From a bacterium (GTDB lineage Bacteria; JADJOY01), in assembly GCA_046331705.1 (NCBI GenBank), contig JAXLQJ010000070.1:1-37292 (forward strand): a stretch of DNA of 37,292 bases. Direction: 5' to 3'. The notes under the pieces were generated by a model that saw only the letters and a program-made list of their open reading frames with translations, was not told the DNA's origin and ran no database searches. Both the position numbers and the translations under genes were made by a program. Of the stretch, positions 28,991 through 37,292 are shown piece by piece. The number at the start of each line of letters is the position of its first letter. Position 1 is the first letter of the stretch.

Positions 28991-30530
28991 TCAGGCGCGC
29001 GAACGACGACGGCAGCGACGGCCGAGCATCAGCGCGACGAAAGCCAGCGGAGAGGCCGCAGCGCCGTCGCCGGAGACGCGCGAGCAGCCACCCGTCGGGC
29101 CGTTCACCAGGAAGGCGCTCACCGCTCCGTTGTCGGCGCCCGGCGTGAAGGCGCCGAAGCTGGTCTTGCTGGCCGCGTTGCGCGACGGCCACGCGTTCAT
29201 CAGGTCGAGGGTGCCACCCTGCGGGCCGGTCTCGCCCTGCTTCGCGATGGCCTCGGTGGTGCCGTCGGGATGGTTCACGAGAATGAGCTCGGGGCCTGTT
29301 GTCGCCCAGCGAGGCCCACACGGCGACGTTGCCGGCGTTGTCCAACGGCGTCATCGGGCAGCGTGAGGCCGCGAGCCCGAGGATCTCACCGCCCGCCAGC
29401 GGGTCGAAGAACGACACCACCTTGCGGATCGCACCCTTGCTGCCGGCGAACCAACCGCCCGCGTAGCTGCCGTCGGGGAGCGCGGACGTCGGCGTAGAAC
29501 GCCGGCCGCCTCGAGAGATTCATCACCGGGTAGAAGAAGTCGAGATACGTGCCGCCGATCGGCGTCGCATCCGCGCTTGTCGCCACCCATTGCTTCGCGG
29601 CGCCGGTCGCGAGGATCAGCCCACGCTCGGTGGCGCTGCTCGACGTCGCGAAGTATGCGAGCTGGTCGCGATCGCTGATCGCCGGCGGCCGAGCGGCATC
29701 TCGGTGCCGTCGACGAAACCGAACCACTCGCGCGCCAGGTTCGTGAAGACCCTGCCGCCGGGCGCGAGTCCGCCGACCGCGGCCTGTTGCGTGAGCACGC
29801 CGTTGGCGGCGGTGTAGACGTCCGCGGAATACGAGCCGGGGACCGTCTGGACGTAGAACGCCGCCGTGCCCTGGTTGTTGAGCGAGCCATGGCTGAGTGC
29901 GTAGATCTTCTCGCCGGACGGCAGCGGGTCGCTCACCGCGGCCACCTTCGAGATCGCATTGGTCGAACGCGTCCAGAGAAGAGGCCACGCGGCGACGAGC
30001 CGCCGACGACATCGGCCATGAAGAGCACGTCGCCGCGCGCATTCACCGCGGCGCGTACGCCGTCCCGCTGAAGAATCCGCCGAAGGTCCTGCCGATCGGC
30101 GACGGATCGCCGCACGAGCCATGGGCACCGCCGCCGCCGCCCTGACCACAGCCGTAGCCCACCGCGATGGGCGTGAGCGTCGTCCCATCGGTCACGAAGA
30201 TCGCTTGATTGCGCTCGACGCCGTCGATCCACGAGAAGAAGGCAACGCGGCCGGCGCTGTCGATCGTCGGCGGGTCCGCCCATGGAAAGGCCGCCAGCAT
30301 TCCGCCGCCGGGAACCGCCTGGCCGTACCACGCCCGAGCCTGCGTCACCATCGGCGCGGCCGCAGGCGCGAAGGTGGTGAGCATGTTCGTCGCGGCGACG
30401 CCGATTCCAGCGGCGCGAGACTCGTCGTCGTGCAATCGCAGGCGCGGGACCCGCTCGCCGCGAAACCGAGGACGGGGGTCATGACCAGCCACGTGCAGGC
30501 GAGAACGGCGGCGCGGATCGATCGCTTCAT
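28991..30530 (-). CDS. Surface protein with NxxGxxAF-type tandem repeats and a C-terminal GC-TM-polyArg (MYXO-CTERM-like) sorting signal (frameshifted)
   Basis: Signal MKRSIRAAVLACTWLVMTPVLGFAA; repeats IDSAGRVAF, VNARGDVLF, LNNQGTAAF, ISDRDQLAY, MNLSRRPAF, LDNAGNVAV, RNAASKTSF; tail GGCSRVSGDGAAASPLAFVALML-RR. Confidence 0.7.
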
Positions 30531-30664
30531 GGATTTCCTTCCCGGTGCAGCCGTGGGCAGACCGTCCAGAGACAGGGCTCGCGACGCGCGAGGGACATCG
30601 CACGGACGTTGAACGAGAGGCCGACCACGCGCGCCCGAATCCTCCGGCGCGCGGTCCGCGGATG

Positions 30665-30680
30665 CGTGACGTAGGTCACA
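30665..30680. promoter_or_regulatory. CRP-like binding site
   Basis: CGTGA-CGTAGG-TCACA matches 9 of 10 core positions of TGTGA-N6-TCACA, upstream of the NxxGxxAF gene. Confidence 0.5.
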
Positions 30681-31894
30681 ACGGAATGCAGCACGCCCAC
30701 TTCGATTCCGCGTACACGATGCCCTTCTTCTGCGCGGTGCTCGCGGACGGTCTCGGCGACCTTGCTGTCGAAGGAATCCTTGGCACCGCTGGCTGCGGCG
30801 CGGGCTCGCTCGTCCGCCAGCAAGGCGTCCCGCTTGGCGACCAGCTCGTTCATCTGGCGCGTGAGCTCGGCGCGCTTCTGCCACTTGCTGTTTCACGAAG
30901 TCGGCGCGCGCTTCCGGCTCCATCGCCTGCAACGCCGGCGGCAGGCTCGCGGCGGGGAGGTTCTCGACCCTCGCCTTTCCAGCGGCCACGTCCGCCACCA
31001 GATCGTCTTCGCCGGTCACGATCCCGCCGCCTGCGCGCCGCGGGCGCTGAAGGTGGCCTTGTCGGCCGCCACGCCGCGGGCGCTGCAGCGGCCACGCTCA
31101 GCTTCCTCCGACCTCCTTGCGACGCTCGTCGCTGCCATAGCCCACCGCGGTCTTGCCGAGCCCGCGCCAGCGCGCGGCGATCTCGCCATCGACGGGCGTG
31201 GACACCGGCCACCATGTCGCCGGTTCCGCCGAGCGCCACGAACTTGCCCTCGCCGAGCCGCGCGATCTCCTGCCAGGACGCGCGCCGTCTCGGTGTCCGC
31301 GCCGCACTGGATCGTGTCGATGACCAGATCCTTCTTCACCGCCGCTTCGACGATGCGCGCATAGGGCTGGTCCTGGGGTAGTCCATGTGCGGTGGTGCAT
31401 CACCCACCAGGAAGACGAGCTTGAGCGCCTTGCGGTCCTGGCTCCACGAGAGCTTGGTGACGGCGTCGGAGAGCGCTTGACGCATCGACTCGGGGGCCGT
31501 CGCCGCCACCGTCCGCCTGAAAGCCGCGGAGCGTGCCGTAGACGGCGTCGATGTCCGCGCTCAAGTCGTGGACCTGGAGGACGTACGCATCGCCCCGGTC
31601 GCGATACGCCACCAACCCGATCCGGATCTCCGGCGTGGGCGTGGCGCGGATCATCTCGTTGGCGATCGACCAGATCCTCGACTTGGCGCCCTCGATGAGT
31701 CCGCCCATCGAGCCGGTGGTGTCGAGCACGAACGCCACGTCGATGCGCGGTTTGGCCGCCACCGGCGGCGCGTCGGTCGCGGCCGGCGAAGCCGCCGTCC
31801 GTGCGGCGGTGGCCAAGAGCGCCAGCTCGGTGGCGCTCGCGACCACCGCCGCGCCGATCCAGCTCTTCGTGCCGCTCGTTGCCGTAGTCCGCAT
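30676..31894 (-). CDS. Secreted von Willebrand factor type A (vWA) domain protein (frameshifted)
   Basis: AGGAGG RBS; MIDAS-type [48 protein letters not shown]; helical C-terminus [10 protein letters not shown]...SFDSKV; 3' end approximate. Confidence 0.85.
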
Positions 31895-31924
31895 GGAATC
31901 CTCCTGCTGCTGCGGGTGAGGACG

Positions 31925-31954
31925 TGGAAGCGCGCCCGCACGCCGTTTGTTTCA
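31925..31954 (-). promoter_or_regulatory. Putative ECF sigma promoter (copy 1)
   Basis: Minus strand TGAAAC-AAACGGCGTGCGGGCG-CGCTTCCA (16-nt spacer), 30 nt before the vWA start codon. Confidence 0.65.
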
Positions 31955-31975
31955 TTTCCTCGCCACCGACCCGCG

Positions 31976-34249
31976 TCACTCGACGCGGTCGGCGGCCGGT
32001 GTGATCTCGTAGATGGTGCCGTCGACGCGCACCGTGAGCTCGCGGCCGAGCGCGAGCCAGGCGGCGGCAGCGCGCGAGCGACGCGCCAACTCGAAATACG
32101 CGGGCGTTCCGAACACGAGCGGCTTGCGCGTCTCGCGCGGATGCTCCGCCACCTCGGCGTCGACCCAGCGCGTGCCGCTCGGATAGAACACCTTCCCAGC
32201 GACGTGGCGGGGCTCGCCGTTGGCGGCGACCTGGAACGCCGCGGCCACGCCGCCGTTGCTCGCCGCGCCAGCGTCCGCCTTGGCGTCGCCCAGCACGCGG
32301 TTCACGATCGCCGCCTGTTGATCCATGCCGACCTCGGCGTGCTTGAGCGCATCGGTGACGCGAGCACCCGCAACTGCATCGGCGCGCCGGCGGACCTTGC
32401 CCCCGAGCGCGCGGAACGCGGACGCCATCGCATCGCGGCTCGGCGCCCGCGCGCCGCAGGCGGCACCGTCGCCACCGGAGCGGGAGGTCCTTGCGGCGCT
32501 CGTCCTCCACGATCAGGTACGACGTGCAGCCGGGGTGATGCCGTAGCGGCGCGCCAAGGACACGATCTCGTCGCGCAGCTCGGTCTGTTCGCCGCGGCGG
32601 CGGACCTCGTCGAGGAGCTGACCCACGCGCCGGGCTGCTCCAGAGCCTGGGATGAAGCCGCGGTCACCCGAGCCGCGCGCCGACGCGAAATCCACCGTCG
32701 CGGTCGCGGTGCGCTTCTCGCCGTTGGCCATTCCTCCAGCACGACGCGCGCGCTTCCCGAGCCCGTGAAGCGACCCAGCGCGACGAGCTGGTCGCCGTGG
32801 AAGAGATCGGGCAGCTCGCGCGGATAGATCTTGCTCGCGCGCACGTCACCCTCGACCCTGAGCGCGAGCCCCGTCATGCAGGCGACGCGATGCGCTCGCA
32901 GAACGACGACACCTCGCGCTCGATGTCCTGGCGCAAGCCCACGTACTGGACCGGCCGCGGGTCGCGTCGCTCAGGCCGTCGAGGAGGCGCGGTCGACGTC
33001 GTCGCTGACCTGAACGAGAAGACCCGGGCGCCGGCGGCGCTCGCGCTGCCGGTGACGAAGGCGACGAGTTCCCGCGTCCATCTCGCCCACCGTCGGCAAG
33101 CCGTCGGTGACGAGGACCACGACGAGGGCGACTCGCGTCGCGCCTGCGCGCCGCGGCGAGCCCCCGCGCCAATGCCTCGCCGATCGCGGTGCCACCCGCT
33201 GCGTGGAAACCGGCGACGAACGAACGAGCGCGCTCGCGATTGCCGGCGTTCGCGGCGACGAGCGTTCGTGGAAGAACGGCTCGGCCTCGGTGCTGAAACG
33301 CACGATCTCGAAGCGGTCGCCGTCCTTCAAGGTGTCGATGGCGCGCGAGCGCACGCCGTAGTTGTTCGATCTTGGCGCCCGCCATCGAGCCCTGATGTCC
33401 ACGAATACCACGTCCTTGGCGAGCACCACCTGGCCCTCGCCCAGGGCACCCGGCACGCGAGCAGCAAGAAGTAGCCGTCGTCCTCGGCCGAGTCGCGAAC
33501 GCGGTACTCCGAGCTCCCAGCCCTGCGCGCTCGGCGGTCGTGAAGGAGAGCCGGAACGCCGCGTCCGGGCGGGCGCGACTTGCTCGAACCTCGACCAGCG
33601 CCTCGCCCGCGCCCTTTTCTGCTTCACCTCGACGGTGTGGCTCGGCGGACCGCCATCGCCTCGAGCGGCTGGCGGCTCGATGTGGACCTCGACGGAGACG
33701 GTGTCGATGTCCGCGCTCAGCTTCTCGGTCTCGAGCGGATACGTGTACTCGATCGTCGCGCCGTCGCGCGGCAGCACCCGCGGGGAAGAGCTTGACCCGC
33801 CGCGTGGCGTGGGGCTCGATCGGGAAGACGCGCACACGGAAGGCGCCCCGATCTCCGTACTCGAGCAGCGCCGGATCGCGCATGCGGCGCACGATGTCCA
33901 GATCGTCCGCGCCCGCGCCGCGTCCACCAGCTCGGCATCCTGCTCCTTGCCGTCGATCTCGATCGAGAGGGCTGACGGCGGCGTTGCGGGGAGCGGAAAC
34001 CAGCAGTCGCCCTCCACGCCGCTCGCCGGGATTGCGAAAGACCTGGTCGACCTCGGTGATCGCGACCTGGTCGCGAATCGCCACGCGCACCCGGTGCGAT
34101 TGGATCTCGAGCGGCGCGAACGGCGGATGGCCGGGCGGCACCACCGCGGCCGTCTGCACCACGATGAACCCGTCGGCACGCGCCGCCGGCGGCAAGCACG
34201 CGAACCCGACGACCACGGCAAACGATCGCCACCAACGACGCCACGCCAT
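31976..34249 (-). CDS. VIT (vault inter-alpha-trypsin) plus vWA domain secreted protein (frameshifted)
   Basis: Signal peptide then ADGFIV; VAIRDQVAITEVDQVFRNP; IVRRMRDPALLEY; FRVRVFPIEP; KDVVFVD..GSMAGAKIEQ; AAGGTAI; VLVTDGLPTVGE; IYPRELPDLFHGDQL; YGITP; C-terminal VAGKVFY..WVD. Confidence 0.88.
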
Positions 34250-34307
34250 GACGCGCCCTCCCGAGCGAGGGTCCGCGCGATGGCTCGCGCTCCGGTTCCT
34301 CGCGCCC

Positions 34308-34337
34308 TGGAAGCGCGCGAGCGAACCGAAAGGTTCA
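34308..34337 (-). promoter_or_regulatory. Putative ECF sigma promoter (copy 2)
   Basis: Minus strand TGAACC-TTTCGGTTCGCTCGCG-CGCTTCCA (16-nt spacer), 58 nt before the VIT gene start codon. Confidence 0.65.
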
Positions 34338-34351
34338 GCGTCGCGACGCGA

Positions 34352-35560
34352 TCAGGAGCGGCCCTTCATGCCGTAGCTCTTCAAGATCCGCCGCGCGACC
34401 ACCTCGATGTGAACCTCGTCGGCGCCGTCGTAGATCCGCGCCGCGCGTTCGTGGGCCCACCAGAACGCGAGCGGAGTGTCGTCGGTGACGCCGAGGCCGC
34501 CGAGCGTCTGGATCGCGCGATCGAGCACCCGCTGCAACGTGCGCGCGACCGTGAACTTGATGAGCGAGATGTCCTCGCGCGCCGCGTAGACTCCCTCGGT
34601 CTCGATCCGCCAGGCCGCGTGCAGCACCATGAGCCGCGCGGCGTTGATCTCGGCGCGGCTGGTGGCGATCCACTCCTGCACCATCTGCTTGGTGCCGAGC
34701 GGCTTGCCCGGAGCGAGCTCGCGGGTGGCTGCGTGGCGGCACTGGATGTCGAACGCGCGCTCGCAGATCCCGATCCAGCGCATGCAGTGATGGATGCGGC
34801 CCGGCCCGAGGCGCATCTGCGCGATCGCGAAGCCCATCCCCTGCTCGCCCAGCAGATTCGACGCTGGCACCCGCGCGCCGTGATAGGCGACCTCACCGTG
34901 GCTGGCCCAATCGCCGCCGCGGTGACCCATCACCGACAGGTTCTCGATCAGCTCGAAGCCGGGCGTCGAGGTGGGCACGAGGATCATGCTCGCCCGGCGG
35001 TGCGGCTCCTCGGCCTCGGGATCGGTCACCGCCATGCAGATCGCGAACGCCGCGCCGTCGGCCGAGGACGAGAACCACTTGTGGCCCCGGATCACCCACT
35101 CGTCGCCCTCGCGTACGGCGGTGGTGCCGAGCCAGACGGGATTCGAGCCCGCGTACTCGGGTTCGGTCATGGTGAAGCAGCTGCGGATCTCGCCCCGCAC
35201 CAAGGGGCCGAGGTAGCGCTCCTTCTGCGCGTCGGTGCCGAACTCCATCAGGATCTCGATGTTGCCGACATCCGGCGCCTGGCAGTTGAAGACGTAATGA
35301 CCGATCGGGCTCTTTCCCAGCTCTTCGCTCATGTGCGCGAACTCGGTGAGGGAGAGCCCGGCGCCGCCGTGGGATTCCGGGACGTACGCCGCCCAGAGCC
35401 CGGTCTCCCGGGCACGCGCGCGGGCCTTGGCGAGCGCTGGCAGCATCGCCTTGAAGCCCTCGTTGGCGAGGCCGCGCTCGAGCGGGAAGACCTCCCGCGC
35501 CATGAAATCGCGCAGCGTGCTGCGAATGCCCTCGATGCGTGCGGACGGCGAGAAGTCCAT
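34352..35560 (-). CDS. Acyl-CoA dehydrogenase (ACAD10/11-like)
   Basis: FNCQAPDVGN, RSCFTMTEP, IRGHKWFSS, IAQMRLGPGRIHHCMR, RIYDGADEVH; GGAGG RBS before ATG 35560 and a TATGCT -10-like hexamer. Confidence 0.95.
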   Translation of the reverse strand: MDFSPSARIEGIRSTLRDFMAREVFPLERGLANEGFKAMLPALAKARARARETGLWAAYVPESHGGAGLSLTEFAHMSEELGKSPIGHYVFNCQAPDVGNIEILMEFGTDAQKERYLGPLVRGEIRSCFTMTEPEYAGSNPVWLGTTAVREGDEWVIRGHKWFSSSADGAAFAICMAVTDPEAEEPHRRASMILVPTSTPGFELIENLSVMGHRGGDWASHGEVAYHGARVPASNLLGEQGMGFAIAQMRLGPGRIHHCMRWIGICERAFDIQCRHAATRELAPGKPLGTKQMVQEWIATSRAEINAARLMVLHAAWRIETEGVYAAREDISLIKFTVARTLQRVLDRAIQTLGGLGVTDDTPLAFWWAHERAARIYDGADEVHIEVVARRILKSYGMKGRS

Positions 35561-35771
35561 GGTCGGTTCCTCCAGCGGACGATTCGTCCCGAGCATAGGC
35601 GAATCGCCCACGGAATTCCGGGGTGGCGCGAGCGGACGGCGCGCCAGCGGCACGCGCACGTCGCGCACGATCTCGGCTCCGGTCCCGGCGCGGCGATCAG
35701 GATCGATCGCGACCGCGGGTTTTCGCTGATCGGGGATTGTCAGCACCGAAACGCTGCGCGAGGATGCACGC

Positions 35772-37292
35772 ATGACCGATTCACCGCTCGCAGCGCCAGC
35801 CACGTCCGAGCTTCATCGCGCGATTCTCGAGCGTCTCTCGGTGGGCGTGGCGGTGGTCCGGCCGAGCGACGGCTGCATCCTCTACACCAACGCCGCCTTC
35901 GCGCGGATGTTGGGCTACGAGGGCGGCGAGCTGGCGGGGCAGCCGGTCAGCATCCTCAACGCGCCGGTGGAAACCAGCCCCGAGGCGCGCGCCCAGGAGA
36001 TCATGACCGTGCTGCGCGAGCGCGGGACGTGGTCGGGCGAGGTCCCCAACCGGCACAAGAGCGGCGCCGTGGTGTGGTGCCGCGCCGCCGTCCGGACCGT
36101 GGACGATCCGGCCTGGGGGACGGTGTGGCTGAGCGAGCACGTCGACGTCTCCGAGGAACGGCGCATCGCCGACGCGTTGACCGAGAGCGAGGCGCGCCTC
36201 CAATCGATCGTCGACAACACCACCGCCGTCATCTACGTGAAGGACCTGAACGGCCGCTACGTGGTGGTGAATCGCCGCTTCGAGGAGCTCTTCCACGTGT
36301 CGCGGGAGCTGGCCCAGGGCCGCACCGACCACGACATCTTCCCGGCGGCCGCCGCCGAGGTCTTCCGCGCCAACGACCTCGCCGTCGCGCGCTCGGGACA
36401 GCCGCTCGAGTTCGACGAGGTGGCGCCGCAGGACGATGGCGATCACAACTACATCTCGATCAAGTTCCCGCTGCTGCGCGCCACTGGCGAGGTCTACGCC
36501 ACGTGCGGCATCTCGACCGACATCAGCGAGCGAACGCGCGCCCGCGAGGTCCTGCAACGCGCCAACGAGCTCCTCGAGCAGCGCGTGGCGGATCGGACCG
36601 CCGAGCTGAGCGACGCCAACCAGCGCTTGCAGGACGAGATCGCCGAGCACCACCGCACCGAGGAGCGCAACGCCCTGCTCATGAGCGAGCTCGACCACCG
36701 GGTGAAGAACGTGCTCGCCACGGTGGTGGCGCTCGCCGACGAGACCTTCGAGAAGACCGAGTCGCTCGAGACCTTTCGCGCCACGTTCATGGGCCGGATT
36801 CGAACCATGGCGCGCAGCCACGAGGCACTGGCGCGCGCCCAATGGCGCGGCGTGGACATCGCCGAAGCGGCGAGCCTGGTGCTCGCGCCGTTTCAAGCCG
36901 CCAGCCCGGGCCGCTTGCAGGTCGAGGGCGGTTCGGTGCGCCTGGGCGCGGCGGCGGCGCTGCCGATCTGCCTGGCACTCCACGAGCTCGGCACCAACGC
37001 CATCAAGTACGGCGCGCTCGGCGCCGCCAGCGGGCGACTGCACGTCAGCTGGCGCACGGCGCCGAGCGGACGGCTGGCGCTCGACTGGGTCGAGCAAGGC
37101 GGACCGCCGGTCGCGACTCCGGCCAGCCTCGGCAGCGGACTGCAGATCGTGCGCGACCTTCTCGAGACCCAGCTCGGCGCCAGCGTGGCGATGCGATTCG
37201 CGCCGGATGGGTTTCGCTGCCATCTGGAGATTCCGCTACCCACGCAGCCGCGCAACGCGACCCCGGATCCGGGCATCAAGCTCGTGGAGCCG
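35772..37292 (+). CDS. PAS-PAS sensor histidine kinase, HWE/HisKA_2 family (3' end runs off the window)
   Basis: Not in the ORF track. Open from ATG 35772 to the window end: PAS1 (ILYTNAAFARMLGY), PAS2 (IYVKDLNGRYVVVN), H-box ELDHRVKN, N-box LHELGTNAIKYGAL, WVEQGGP. Confidence 0.92.
   Translation, partial: MTDSPLAAPATSELHRAILERLSVGVAVVRPSDGCILYTNAAFARMLGYEGGELAGQPVSILNAPVETSPEARAQEIMTVLRERGTWSGEVPNRHKSGAVVWCRAAVRTVDDPAWGTVWLSEHVDVSEERRIADALTESEARLQSIVDNTTAVIYVKDLNGRYVVVNRRFEELFHVSRELAQGRTDHDIFPAAAAEVFRANDLAVARSGQPLEFDEVAPQDDGDHNYISIKFPLLRATGEVYATCGISTDISERTRAREVLQRANELLEQRVADRTAELSDANQRLQDEIAEHHRTEERNALLMSELDHRVKNVLATVVALADETFEKTESLETFRATFMGRIRTMARSHEALARAQWRGVDIAEAASLVLAPFQAASPGRLQVEGGSVRLGAAAALPICLALHELGTNAIKYGALGAASGRLHVSWRTAPSGRLALDWVEQGGPPVATPASLGSGLQIVRDLLETQLGASVAMRFAPDGFRCHLEIPLPTQPRNATPDPGIKLVEP

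Noticed and set aside
35781-37223. 480-aa minus-strand ORF
   Set aside because: Antisense to the clearly recognisable plus-strand histidine kinase.
1-37292. CRISPR arrays, tRNA/rRNA, IS/integrase/phage or defence-system genes
   Set aside because: No regularly spaced direct repeats, RNA-gene signatures, or transposase/integrase/Cas motifs were seen by eye; small ncRNAs cannot be excluded without an Rfam/Infernal search.

Overview
A very GC-rich (about 70% by eye) bacterial chromosomal segment, plausibly from a Myxococcota/Binatota-like deltaproteobacterium (inference from a MYXO-CTERM-like tail, a myxobacterial-type metalloprotease and sigma54 promoters). It carries about 31 protein-coding genes; no tRNA, rRNA, CRISPR array or mobile element was recognised. 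Left part: partial NYN-domain protein, GT-C-type membrane glycosyltransferase, TauD-family dioxygenase, an nrfHA ammonifying nitrite reductase operon whose NrfA has CXXCH instead of CXXCK at heme 1, a hypothetical protein, TetR, DyP peroxidase, an MlaE/F/D plus PqiC-like ABC system and HrpB helicase. Middle and right: exported hydrolases (metallophosphoesterase, M28 peptidase, GDPD, SGNH esterase, GH5 endoglycoceramidase-like enzyme, zinc-metalloprotease-like protein), RNase D, a 708-aa orphan lipoprotein with a dockerin-like tail, CsbD, MoeB/ThiF, an NxxGxxAF-repeat surface protein, a VIT-vWA plus vWA gene pair, an acyl-CoA dehydrogenase and a PAS-PAS-HWE histidine kinase. Blocks at about 13.9-20.2 kb and 24.8-34.25 kb contain many frameshifts, most likely unpolished long-read errors. 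The clearest unannotated signals are regulatory: a near-identical ECF-type promoter (TGAAMC-N16-CGCTTCCA) before each vWA gene, a class II-positioned Crp/FNR box at nrfH, three sigma54 promoters, a CRP-like box and several apparently leaderless genes.
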